A stretch of DNA of 64,000 bases, taken from contig CAWEXP010000008.1 in the NCBI GenBank assembly GCA_963813065.1, forward strand, positions 73,289 through 137,288. The letters run 5' to 3'. The DNA is from Candidatus Kaiserbacteria bacterium. GTDB taxonomy: Bacteria > Patescibacteriota > Minisyncoccia > Phycocordibacterales > Phycocordibacteraceae. Made by a program: the position numbers and the translations under genes. How positions within the stretch are numbered: position 1 is the first letter of the stretch; each line of letters starts with the position of its first letter. Shown piece by piece: positions 21,378 to 31,647 of this stretch. Below the pieces are notes generated by a model. It was not told the origin of the DNA and made no database searches. It was given only the letters and a program-made list of their open reading frames with translations.

Positions 21378-23769
21378 CCAAGAAACGCCTCGTCCTCTTA
21401 GACGCCCACGCGATTATCCATCGCGCGTATCACGCCTTGCCAGACTTCACCGGCCCCACAGGCGAGCCGACGGGCGCGCTCTACGGCGTCGTCGCGATGT
21501 TGCTGAAGATTATCACCGAACTCAAGCCGGATTATATTGCCGCATGCTACGACTTGCCCGGCCCCACCGTGCGCCACGAGGCCTATGCCGAGTACAAGGG
21601 CACGCGTGCGAAAACGGATGATGCACTGGTCGCTCAGCTCAATAGTTCGCGCAAAGTCTTCGAGGCGTTTTCGATTCCGGCGTATGATCGTGCAGGATTC
21701 GAGGCTGACGACTTGCTCGGCACCATCGCGCATGAGATGGAATCAAAGAAAGATATTCAAGTCATCATCGCGTCGGGCGATATGGACACGCTCCAGCTCG
21801 TTGATGACAAGCGCGTGATGGTCTATACGCTGAAGAAGGGAATTAATGACACTATTTTATACGACGAAGCAAATGTGAAAGAACGGTTTGGATTCAAGCC
21901 CGCGCTCATTCCGGATTACAAAGGCCTTCGCGGTGATCCGTCCGACAACATCAAAGGCGTCCCCGGTATTGGCGACAAGACGGCGACCGAGCTCATTGTT
22001 AATTTTGGCACCATCGAACAGCTGTATAAAAAATTGAAGAAGAGCGAGACGGTGTTGGTAGAAAAAGGCGTCAAGAAACGCGTCATCGAACTCTTGAAAG
22101 CACACGAAGAAGACGCGCTCTTCTCGAAGAGTCTTGCGACGATTCGCACCGACGCGCCGATTGCCTTCGGATTACCGAAAGACTCATGGCGCGAGGGTGT
22201 TGATGAGAAAAAAATTCTCGCAATGTGCGACGAGTTCGGATTCCGGTCGCTCAAAACGCGTATTAAAATGACGCTCGGCGGGCAGAAGCAATTTGATGAA
22301 GCTTTGGATCCGCATAGGACGAACGGGGTTGGCGAGGGCGTTCCGCCAAAGCCTTCACAAATTCCTCCTACCCGCCTCGCGCAAGCACAAGTGATGCTTT
22401 GGCTCATCTCTTCTGAATTCACTGACGCAACACTCGACGACCTGCTTGCGTTTACCAAGAAAGAAAATTTCGACGCCGCATATGCCGAGCTCGAGAAACA
22501 GCTCGGCGAGCTGGGGCGCGTGCGCGACGTGTACGAGAACATCGAGAAGCCACTCATCCCGGTTATCCGCGGGATGGAGGAGCGCGGCATTCTCGTCGAC
22601 CCCGCCGTGCTCGCGGATCTCGCGAAGAAATATCGCGCCGAGCTTGAGTCAATCGAGAAGAAAATTTATAAAGCGGCGGGGCACGAGTTCAATATCGCCT
22701 CGCCCAAACAGCTCGCGGTGGTTCTCTTCGACGAGATGCACCTCGTGCCCGAGAAGCAGAAGAAGACGCCGGGTGGCGAACGCTCGACACGCGAGAGCGA
22801 GCTGGAAAAAATAAAAGAACTGCACCCCATCGTCGCGCAGATTCTCGATTATCGCGAATTGAAAAAGTTACTCTCGACCTACATCGATAACTTGCCGCCC
22901 TTACTCGACCTTGGGCACCGCCTCCACGCACGTTTCGTCCAGACGGGTACCACCACCGGCCGCATGAGTAGCCAGGACCCGAATCTGCAGAATATTCCAC
23001 TCCATTCCGAGCGCGGCAAGGCGATTCGTCACGCATTTGTTGCAACCGATGGTTTCGAGCTTGTCTCACTCGACTATTCGCAAATCGAATTGCGTATTGC
23101 CGCCATCCTCTCAGGCGACGAGAAACTCTGCGAGATATTCCGCCACGGGCGCGACGTGCACACCGAGGTCGCATCGATGGTCTTCGGCGTTGAGGCGGAG
23201 AAGGTGGATCAAGAAATGCGCCGCCGGGCCAAGGTGATCAACTTCGGCATTCTCTACGGCATGGGCGCCAATGCTCTGCGCGCTCAACTCGGCAGCTCGA
23301 CCGCCGAGGCACATCAGTTCCTCGAAGATTATTTCCACACCTTTAAAACGCTGGCCGAATATCTCGAGACAACGCGAGGGTTCGCGCGCAAGCACGGCTA
23401 CACCGAGACCCTCTTCGGTCGCCGCCGCCAATTCTCGGAGATGAAGTCGCCTCTGCCGTATGTCCGCGCGCAAGCCGAGCGCATGGCGATCAATGCACCA
23501 ATCCAGGGTACGCAGTCAGATATCATCAAGCTCGCAATGGTGCGCGCCGACGAGATGTTGAAAGAGAAAAAGCGTCTGATGACGCACATCTTTTGCTCCA
23601 AGTGCATGACGAACTGGTCTACGAGATACAAAAAGAGCGCGTCACCAATCTCTCGGCGCGTATCAAGAAAATTATGGAATCGGTGTTGACCAAAGAAGAG
23701 GCGCGCCATGTGCCCATCCTCGCCGCAGAAAAGATTGGTCCGAATTGGGGCAATCTGAAAGTCGTATGA
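21374..23769 (+). CDS. polA: DNA polymerase I (5'-3' exonuclease + polymerase), one frameshift near 23570
   Basis: LLDAHAIIHRAYHA, GDPSDNI, DYSQIELR, NFGILYG; motif C LLQVHDEL lies in another frame after an A-run. Confidence 0.9.
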
Positions 23770-24374
23770 TCTACCTTTTCCACGGTTCTGACGTCGAAAA
23801 AGTGCGGCGGCAGGCGTTCGCTTTTATCGAAGCGGCACGGAAGAAGCAGCCCGACCTCGCGTATGTGCGCCTCGCGCGCGAAGAAATGACTGCGGGCGCG
23901 CTCGAGGAAGTTGCGAGCGCTGGGGGGCTCTTCGTCAGCCGCTTGCTGGTGCTCCTTGATGACCCCTTCTCGGGCGACACCAATCTCGTCGAGGAATATA
24001 TCGAACCACTCGCGAAGTCCGACAATGCGATCATTGTTCTCGCGCCGAAATTGCCGCCTGCAAAAGCAAAAAAACTTTCCGCGAAGGCGGCGAAGTCGTA
24101 CGAGTTCAATGCCGCCGCGCGCGAGGACGCGCGCGGATTTAATTCCGCACTCGTCAACGCACTCGGCGCTCGCAATCCTCAGAAACTCTGGCTCGAAGTC
24201 GTCCGCGCGCTCTCGAAGGGTGATGCACCCGAACAAGTCCACGGCCTCTTGCACTGGAAGGCCCGCACCATGTCGCGCGAACTCTCCTTGTCGCTTATTG
24301 CGCTCCTTATGGATTCTCGCCGCGCTGGCATCGACCTCGCTGAATCGCTCGAGCGCTGGGCCCTTTCTATTTAA
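23766..24374 (+). CDS. holA: DNA polymerase III delta-like subunit (short CPR form)
   Basis: MIYLFHGSD start, GGLF..LVLL pattern; overlaps the polA stop. Confidence 0.6.
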   Translation: MIYLFHGSDVEKVRRQAFAFIEAARKKQPDLAYVRLAREEMTAGALEEVASAGGLFVSRLLVLLDDPFSGDTNLVEEYIEPLAKSDNAIIVLAPKLPPAKAKKLSAKAAKSYEFNAAAREDARGFNSALVNALGARNPQKLWLEVVRALSKGDAPEQVHGLLHWKARTMSRELSLSLIALLMDSRRAGIDLAESLERWALSI

Positions 24375-24386
24375 ATCTCAGCTACA

Positions 24387-24423
24387 GTTGCACAATATCC
24401 TTTTTCCGAAGGTGGTGTGCAGG
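24387..24423. repeat. Repeat R1
   Basis: GTTGCACAATATCCTTTTTCCGAAGGTGGTGTGCAGG; 12 bp after the holA stop. Confidence 0.98.
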
Positions 24424-24425
24424 TA

Positions 24426-24482
24426 ACTCTCGCGCTGACGGGCGCGCGAATATCGGAAGTACTGGCGCTAACCGGCGAACGT
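24426..24482 (+). pseudogene. Tyrosine recombinase internal fragment
   Basis: TLALTGARISEVLALTGER, 15/19 identical to TLALTGGRISEILALTPDR in 29310..29891. Confidence 0.75.
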
Positions 24483-25041
24483 AGTGCAGAAATGTCATGG
24501 AGATGCTCGGTCAGAAACTACGCTAATCTATACAAATTTAACAATTCACTTAGAACCTCATCACGTTGACTCCGTTGAGAACACCCACCGCCTTGGCAAA
24601 GTTAATTAGCATCTAGTCGTTTCGATCAACTGAGACATTACCGGATGGGCGTCGTAATGGATCGGCCAATGAGGCTGACGCTGAGCCCGGTCTAACTCGT
24701 ATCGGCCCCGTCAACAGGGGCAAGCATTGGTCCTTTCAGCGCGGCCCGCGAGACGGTCACAGTTTGGCGTGAGATGCCGGGAGCGGACCCGCCCCATCGG
24801 TTCAGACGTAACGAGCCTTCGAGTTGCATCGGTGAAGCTATCCACACGCGGGCCTGGGCCCAATGAATACCCAAAAGTCAGAGCGCTTGCTTAGTGCGCC
24901 TAGTCGATTACATAATGGTTACTGTGTGATATTATCCACATGCGCGTCTCTGAACTTTGTGGGGAGATCGGATGAGCGTATATGTTGCCCCCAGATTACT
25001 CAGCCTTCAAGGCAAACATGAACCGAGGCCATAAGTAGAGC

Positions 25042-26265
25042 ATGTCAAACGAAGAGCGCTTAGATCAAATCCTGTCGCGTGGCGTTATCAAACAGATACT
25101 GCCGAGCGAGCAAGAGTTCAAAGAACGTATGCTCAGCGGCGCACCGCTGCGGTTTTACATCGGTGCTGATCCAACTAGTAATGCTCTCCACCTCAGTCAC
25201 GCCAAGAACTATCAAGTCTTGGAAGAATTTCGCCTACTCGGCCATGAGGTAATTGTCTTGTTCGGCGATTTCACCGCGCGTATCGGCGATCCCACAGACA
25301 GGACCGCGGCTCGATCACGTCTCACCGGCGATGAGATACGGAAAAACGTTGAGGATTGGATGAGGCAAATCCGTCCATTAATGGACTTCAGTGCCAAAGA
25401 AAACCCTCCGCGAGTTCTCTTCAATTCTGAATGGCTATCTCCTCTGACTTTCGAAGAGGTTGTGAACTTGGCATCCAACATGACAGTGCAAAGGATGCTT
25501 GAGCGAGATATGTTCGAGCGGCGCATGGAAGAGCAGAGGCCTATCTTCCTACATGAGTTCCTATATCCTCTTATGCAAGGGTACGATAGCGTCGCTATGA
25601 ATGTGGACGTTGAATTATGTGGGACTGATCAGATATTTAACGCTCTCGTTGGCCGCTCCCTTCAAAAGACGTACAACAATAAAGACAAGTTTGTAGTGGC
25701 CGTGAATCTAATGGAAAATCCGGTGACTGGAGCTCTGATGTCAAAGAGCCGAGGTACTGGAGTGTTTCTGGATGCGGAACCGTTCGATATGTACGGATCC
25801 ATAATGGCGCAACCTGACGAAATGATAGAGATAATTCTCCTCAACAATACGCGTTTGCCTAAGGACGAAATCGTCCGAGTGTTGGCCCTCGGCCCACGCG
25901 ACGCAAAAATGAGAACGGCATTTCTCGTCACCACTTTGTTTCATGGTGAGGAAGCTGCTTTCGCGGCCGAACAGAGGTTCGTTGAGGTGATACAGAAGAA
26001 AATGGCCCCCACCAGTATTCCAACCATCGGTGTTAGTAGAGAGACACCAGCTGCGTTCGAGATTGTCAGGGCGTGCCTCGACGCCAACGTATCAAATAGC
26101 GAAATAGGTCGGCTGTTCAAACAGCGCGCAATCAGGATCGATGGTGATGTCGTAGATGACCGCGACAAGGTGATCAGGCTGTCGGCCGAGGGAACGAAGG
26201 TAAATGTCGGGAAACGAAAATGGTTCAACGTCGTCGCAGCGCGTTGCGCTGACGGAGCTAGCTAG
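25042..26265 (+). CDS. tyrS: Tyrosyl-tRNA synthetase (bacterial type, with S4 domain), cargo of spacer 1
   Basis: GADPT..LHLSH (HIGH), GDFTARIGDP, YPLMQGYD, GTDQ.FN, LMSKS, VGKRKW. Confidence 0.9.
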   Translation: MSNEERLDQILSRGVIKQILPSEQEFKERMLSGAPLRFYIGADPTSNALHLSHAKNYQVLEEFRLLGHEVIVLFGDFTARIGDPTDRTAARSRLTGDEIRKNVEDWMRQIRPLMDFSAKENPPRVLFNSEWLSPLTFEEVVNLASNMTVQRMLERDMFERRMEEQRPIFLHEFLYPLMQGYDSVAMNVDVELCGTDQIFNALVGRSLQKTYNNKDKFVVAVNLMENPVTGALMSKSRGTGVFLDAEPFDMYGSIMAQPDEMIEIILLNNTRLPKDEIVRVLALGPRDAKMRTAFLVTTLFHGEEAAFAAEQRFVEVIQKKMAPTSIPTIGVSRETPAAFEIVRACLDANVSNSEIGRLFKQRAIRIDGDVVDDRDKVIRLSAEGTKVNVGKRKWFNVVAARCADGAS

Positions 26266-26533
26266 CGATTTCTTGAACGAAATTCTGCTCAGAACATCGT
26301 GGTTTGCTGGTCTGAACGCTCCATTGCCACTTTGGGATGTCCTATTTATTGGCGGCTCCCTAAAGTACAACATTGCACGTCCTGACTCAGATGTTGATCT
26401 GTTTCTCGTTATGCCAAGGCATATCCAGTTAGAGCGTCAGATCAACCCCGTTTACGAATTTCGATTTCGTCACCACATACAAGTCGTTTGCGTATGCATT
26501 TCTGCTGACGAAAAACAGGTGTCACACGAATAA
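26204..26533 (+). CDS. Nucleotidyltransferase (Pol beta superfamily/MNT-like), possibly broken
   Basis: FIGGSLKYNIARPDSDVDLF fits the hG[GS]x9-13DhD motif. Confidence 0.5.
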   Translation: MSGNENGSTSSQRVALTELASDFLNEILLRTSWFAGLNAPLPLWDVLFIGGSLKYNIARPDSDVDLFLVMPRHIQLERQINPVYEFRFRHHIQVVCVCISADEKQVSHE

Positions 26534-26747
26534 ATGGTTGTCGTACGATCTTTGCAGATTTTCTCCGACTGTCCACGTTCTTCTATCGCGCCTGACGCAA
26601 CGAAATGGGTTGTCCAGTGACTTTTTTATACAGATGAACCAGCTATGGGGGCAACTCTTGTCTGAAGTTGGACTTACGGCAACGAAAGGCATATCATGGT
26701 CTAATCAAAACCTAGACTTGTTGCTCTTTCAATAGAGGGGCACCGCG

Positions 26748-27635
26748 ATGAACGACCACTTCGTAGCATCGTATTTTGACTTTTCTGCATTGCCGATTGA
26801 CTTTGTTGGCAAGCAGACTTTGTGGGGGGTCTCGCCGGTCTCGCCACTTCACTTGGGCTATGATGCGTTGTTTGGCATGCAGTCGCAGTTGTGCGAATTG
26901 GGTGCAAAACCTCGGACGCTGCTAGCCGACGTCCACGCGATGATGTCTCACGGGTTATCCAAGAACGACGTGGTAGTCCGTGCCAGCTACTACGATCACG
27001 TTTTGAGGGACGTGTTTTCCATAGACACAGAAGTAATTCTCGGTTCAGGGTTTGAATACACGGAAGGCTACACAGCAATTTTGTACAAAACCATGCAACA
27101 CTTTACCGTTGGTCAGTCGAAACAGGCTGCTGGAGCGACAAAGAAGAACACCCGCGACACCATCGACCGTTACGTTTATCCGCTAATGCAGTGTGTGGAC
27201 GCAGCAATTCTCGGTCCAGACATCATTGTGGCCGAGAGAAGTCAGGAAAAAATCTATAGGCTGATGAGATCGATGGCTGATGAGCCGGTTTTTGACTCAA
27301 TTTGTGCGTGGTTGTCGTCAGTACACATTGTCTATGTGGAATCAACGCACGATTTGAACGGCGAAAGGATGCAGAACAGCTCGCGGCACACCCGGATAAG
27401 CTACCACGACGAAGCTGATGTAGTGGAGGCGAAAGTGAGGAAAATGTTTGCGCCACCAGAGGCGAAACAACAAGGTGAGAAAGGGAATCCACTCTTGGTT
27501 GCACAATATCCTTTTTCCGAAGGTGGTGTGCAGGTCTTGGTTGCGGCAACGAATGGACGCGAGCCTCAATGGAGAGATATTGAAGGCCGAAAAATGGCAC
27601 TCATGCCAGAACCGCAATCTGCAGTGAGAATTTGA
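26748..27635 (+). pseudogene. Divergent archaeal/eukaryote-type TyrRS-like protein, homology cut at repeat R2
   Basis: WGVSPVSPLHLGY, LLADVHA, YPLMQCVD, Q.KI, KVRKMFAPP..GNPLL; the repeat starts at 27498 and the anticodon-binding C-terminus is missing. Confidence 0.65.
27498..27534. repeat. Repeat R2
   Basis: Exact copy. Confidence 0.98.
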
Positions 27636-27683
27636 TGGGGAAAAGCACTTCCGCCCTAAATTTCGAGACTTTATCCGGAGGAG

Positions 27684-28712
27684 ATGATGGAAAATCGTGA
27701 TTTGGCAAGCCAAGAATTATCTGGGCTATTGTTTTCGGAGTTCGACGCGAACAAACCCATAGAGTGGAAGAATGATAGAATGTCGGCGTTTCTATTGCGA
27801 GCAGCATTTAATATTGTTCGCTGTGACGAATACCTAAGTACCATTCCCCTCACTCGGGTTCGTCCGAGCATACATCGCGAACTTTATGGCGCTCTGCGAA
27901 ACTACGCGTTGAAAGGTGACTTGGGGTTTGAAGAACATGACGAATGGAAGTTTTGGTCCATAAGTTGCTTGATCAACGACGCCCAATATCGAATCGCGGC
28001 AACGTTCGATCGATGCATAGCCCACTGGATTATTAAGTTCTTCCGTGACGTGGAGCCGTCGCATCCTCAAAAAGAAAGGGCAGCGCCCATAGAAGATCTG
28101 CTCCACTCCTGGGAGTCGGTAAAATTGATGACGCTCAAAATCTCTTTGTCGAGCATGAAACAAGTGTGCGATGCGATGCCAGACGAGAGTGGTTCGACGC
28201 TTTCTGAGTCACTCCACAAAAGCATGTTATCAATCGAAAGAATCTCTTCTGCTTTGTGGTTATCTGGAACAGATACTGCAGCAGGTGCTATTCGACATGC
28301 TCAAAATGCATACTGCAGACGCATCAGAGAGGTGGCCACATCAGGTGATTGCCTTTCGGCATACAGGCTAATCGACCAATTGTCGGTATGCAGACAGGAT
28401 GCGAAAGGGAAGATTTATGAGCGAGCGAATAACATGAACGATGAGGAATGTCTTGCTATTGTTATTGGGCGGGTAAACGATTTCAAACATCGAGCAATCG
28501 GACCAAATATTGAAGAGGAGCTGAAAGAGGAGGCGAAGCCGTACCTGCGTCACATCGAGCTTGCCATTACAATTCAGGCATTGCGCATAGTGACGCGATT
28601 TTTCAAAGCTATGTCTGCGTGTATAGAAAAAGCCTCCGAACTGGGTTTGGAGGCTTCAAAGAACAATCAAGCGCGCACTGGAGAAGTTGTACCGTTCAGT
28701 AAAGCATTGTAG
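27684..28712 (+). CDS. Hypothetical helical protein (possible HEPN-like Rx5H motif), cargo of spacer 2
   Basis: 342-aa ORF with GGAGG RBS; contains RVNDFKH. Confidence 0.55.
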   Translation: MMENRDLASQELSGLLFSEFDANKPIEWKNDRMSAFLLRAAFNIVRCDEYLSTIPLTRVRPSIHRELYGALRNYALKGDLGFEEHDEWKFWSISCLINDAQYRIAATFDRCIAHWIIKFFRDVEPSHPQKERAAPIEDLLHSWESVKLMTLKISLSSMKQVCDAMPDESGSTLSESLHKSMLSIERISSALWLSGTDTAAGAIRHAQNAYCRRIREVATSGDCLSAYRLIDQLSVCRQDAKGKIYERANNMNDEECLAIVIGRVNDFKHRAIGPNIEEELKEEAKPYLRHIELAITIQALRIVTRFFKAMSACIEKASELGLEASKNNQARTGEVVPFSKAL

Positions 28713-29074
28713 CGCTTAAGACATTGAGGCGCCCAATGTTCCTCAAACGCCTTCGCACTTTCCTTCCCGACTCCTACGTGAAATGTCAAAATGCTGACTG
28801 CCGGTATCGCCAATGCGCGGCCTCTCAGTGCAACCGCCTTCTTAAGCAACAAGAGCTCACCTTTGGACTTTGATGTGGTGTGCTCATTCTCCAATTCGTC
28901 ATCAATTGCATCCAGCGCGCGGTCCACTTCGTCGATTGTCAGAAGTATACCGGCCGATCCTACAAACACATTAAGCAACGATGGATGCGCAAGAGCTTTC
29001 AATATAGGATGGCGAACTTCCCATTCAAACTGATCGCTGTCGCAGCATGATACCCTTGCATCTAGTGTCGTCAT
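28667..29074 (-). CDS. Hypothetical protein
   Basis: 135-aa ORF with an AGGAG-like RBS. Confidence 0.45.
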   Translation of the reverse strand: MTTLDARVSCCDSDQFEWEVRHPILKALAHPSLLNVFVGSAGILLTIDEVDRALDAIDDELENEHTTSKSKGELLLLKKAVALRGRALAIPAVSILTFHVGVGKESAKAFEEHWAPQCLKRYNALLNGTTSPVRA

Positions 29075-29309
29075 TGCACTCTCCTGATTAGGTCAACCGA
29101 GTTCCGACGATCCAGAACCCGGCATTCGCCAACCAAGAAGCCAAGTGCTTGCACCTGAGATGTGGAGTATACGAAGTAATCAATGTAAAGGCAACTTGCC
29201 ATAGTGCTCAGTATACAGACTTAACACTATGAGCAATATTGTTCAGTATTTACTAGCCGGTCAACTACTTTCTTCTTGCTTGCTTTGAGTATGCCGCCAA
29301 CCTTGATTT

Positions 29310-29891
29310 ATGTTGTTTGATCAAGCAGGTACGCGCAAATACCTCACTGCCGATGAACGACGCGCCTTCATTCGCGCGGCAAAGCGGTTCGTTCCTCCGG
29401 TCGAAACATTCTGTCTGACCCTAGCGCTCACGGGAGGGCGAATTTCGGAGATACTCGCGCTCACGCCCGACCGCATCGACCGAGCGAGCCACACGATCAT
29501 CATTGAGAGCCTCAAAAAGCGGCGTAGCGGTGTTTTTAGAGCCGTTCCTGTGCCGGACTACCTCATAGACAAGCTGACCGCCGTTCATGGCGTTTCTAGC
29601 GGTACAGGCGACACGTCGTTACGCAGCGAGCGACTCTGGCGGTGGAGCCGAACAACGGCGTGGCACTACATAAAGACGGTGATGGTCGCTGCTGGAATTC
29701 CCCGAAACGTGTCGAAGCCAAAGGCGCTGCGCCATGGCTTCGGCGTCGCCGGTACGCAGTCAGGCGTACCACTCAATATCATCCAGCGCTGGATGGGCCA
29801 CTCTCGTCTCGAAACCACGGCGATCTATACCAACGCTGTTGGTGATGAAGAGCGCGCCTTGGCCAAGCGGATGTGGAACGGGATGCCGTAA
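29310..29891 (+). CDS. Small plasmid-type tyrosine recombinase/resolvase
   Basis: TGGRISE (R), SLKK (K), KALRHGF, WMGHS, TTAIY; catalytic domain only. Confidence 0.9.
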   Translation: MLFDQAGTRKYLTADERRAFIRAAKRFVPPVETFCLTLALTGGRISEILALTPDRIDRASHTIIIESLKKRRSGVFRAVPVPDYLIDKLTAVHGVSSGTGDTSLRSERLWRWSRTTAWHYIKTVMVAAGIPRNVSKPKALRHGFGVAGTQSGVPLNIIQRWMGHSRLETTAIYTNAVGDEERALAKRMWNGMP

Positions 29892-29911
29892 AGAGTCACA
29901 TAGAGAACCGC

Positions 29912-29948
29912 GTTGCACAATATCCTTTTTCCGAAGGTGGTGTGCAGG
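29912..29948. repeat. Repeat R3
   Basis: Exact copy. Confidence 0.98.
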
Positions 29949-30303
29949 GTATCCACTGCGACCATTATTTGCAGTGAGATTCAATTTCCAAAGCTGAAGT
30001 AGTTGTCGGCGACCCAAACATTAATTCAGTATACTGATTAAACAGAATGAAGGCATTCTGTTCAGTGTCAGCAAACTACATCCGTCTCGAAGGCGGGGCT
30101 TTGCTCCCAAAGATAGATAGGAATCTGTAGGCCGGGCACCGCGACGATTAGGGGAAAGTGCGGAAACGCAGCCGTCTTGGGACCAGAAACGACCAAAACA
30201 GCTCAATAACCGCGCCAATCCCTGGGGACAAACATCGTGGATCGATGGCGAAGCCACGGACATTGTTGCAATATTGCTCGCGGCGAATCAGTTGTAAGCT
30301 ATA

Positions 30304-31080
30304 ATGATCCTTGCACCTATGACACCTATGCGGGATGAGTGCATCTACTCGAAGTATGCGCGGTATTTCGATTTGCTTTATCCGCATGACAAGTACGAAC
30401 GGCAAGCCAACATTCTTGACGCTGTGTTTGCTCGATACAGCAACCGGAAAATATCGCACATCCTCGACTTGGCATGTGGCACTGGTTCGCTTGCGAACCT
30501 ATTGGTCAAACGGGGTTATGCAGTAACGGGTCTCGAATTGAGCAAAGAGATGATTGCTATTGCGCAAAGCAAGGTTCCCGAGTTGCATGCCGTGCAGGGC
30601 CGCCTCGAAGAATTTCCAATACGTGGATCATATGATGCCATTACGTGCGTTTCAGCGCTGAACTACCTAGAATCAGCAGGCGCTCTGGAAGAATTGTTTG
30701 CGCACTGTAGCGAGTCACTAGTCGATGGTGGGTTATTGATTATACAGAATGCGCTAGTCCGCGGACGGTCTCACAAGTTTGGGCAGCTTCACGTCAATAC
30801 TTTTTCCAACGGTTCGATTTCTCTTGCTAAGTTCGGCACCTGGGACCTGGATGAGGCAACGAACGAGTGTCAAGCAAAGTTCTGTATCTTGCTCAAACAG
30901 CACGGTCACACCAAATTCGACATAGACCTACACCGTCTTCGTGTGTTCTCAACGGGAGAAATTACGTCTGCTTTACAGAAGAGCGGTTTGCAACCGTACG
31001 TGCTTGATGAAAAGACACTTGCACCATATTTGAAATCTACGGCGCCTGCGCTCTTCGTGGGGCGCAAAATTGTATCGTGA
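30304..31080 (+). CDS. Class I SAM-dependent methyltransferase, cargo of spacer 3
   Basis: ILDLACGTG, GLELSKEM, YDAITC, L..GGLLI. Confidence 0.88.
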   Translation: MILAPMTPMRDECIYSKYARYFDLLYPHDKYERQANILDAVFARYSNRKISHILDLACGTGSLANLLVKRGYAVTGLELSKEMIAIAQSKVPELHAVQGRLEEFPIRGSYDAITCVSALNYLESAGALEELFAHCSESLVDGGLLIIQNALVRGRSHKFGQLHVNTFSNGSISLAKFGTWDLDEATNECQAKFCILLKQHGHTKFDIDLHRLRVFSTGEITSALQKSGLQPYVLDEKTLAPYLKSTAPALFVGRKIVS

Positions 31081-31288
31081 TAGTCAATTCGCTTTATTTC
31101 GGAAATTGGTATTTTCCTCAGTATCAGAGCTTGGGCGAGCGCTGCACTTTCGTTATCTGCGCGATGTATGGCATTTAATAGATATTTGCGGCCTCGAAAA
31201 AAAATCGGGGTTCTGACTCCAAACCGATAACGCAATGAAGACAGTGCGCACAGATGTGGTGCGGTGTGGTCTCCACACACAGCACGAA

Positions 31289-31325
31289 GTTGCACAATGT
31301 CCTTTTTCCGAAGGTGGTGTGCAGG
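31289..31325. repeat. Repeat R4 (one A>G change at position 11)
   Basis: GTTGCACAATGTCCTTTTTCCGAAGGTGGTGTGCAGG. Confidence 0.97.
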
Positions 31326-31327
31326 TA

Positions 31328-31424
31328 GCAGATGTCGAATACTTCATGCAGTTGGCGGCGGCGAATGGTGGTCGATGAACAGTATAAGAGTGTTCCTTCT
31401 CCGGCCTCGGACACATCCGAGGCC
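31328..31424 (+). pseudogene. ArdC-like 3' remnant plus terminator hairpin
   Basis: ADVEYFMQLAAANGGR*, then GGCCTCGGA-CACA-TCCGAGGCC; homologous to 33950-34073 on the other strand. Confidence 0.6.
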
Positions 31425-31647
31425 AGTTCGTACTTGCTGCAAGTATCGTTCTTGGGTCCCTGCTGTATTCTGTCGGCCGCATTTTCGTATATGCCCACGA
31501 TACGCGGCAGAACGATTCGTGGTCCACAAGTGGCAATGCGTTCGAAGTTCCTATGCTACAATTCCGTCATGGCTCACCAATATATGTCGCAGCAAGCAAT
31601 CACCATCCCGTTCTCAAATCAAATGACACGCGGCAACCCAGATTTTT

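Noticed and set aside
23560-23580. Programmed frameshift in polA
   Set aside because: It falls in an A-run and similar indels occur in many genes, so sequencing error is simpler.
24838-24940. DnaA boxes inside spacer 1 as a second origin
   Set aside because: Only one perfect and one near match, with no AT-rich unwinding element or rep gene.
27617-29982. TGCAGTGAGA shared near the starts of spacers 2 and 3
   Set aside because: Only about 10 nt with no convincing extension.
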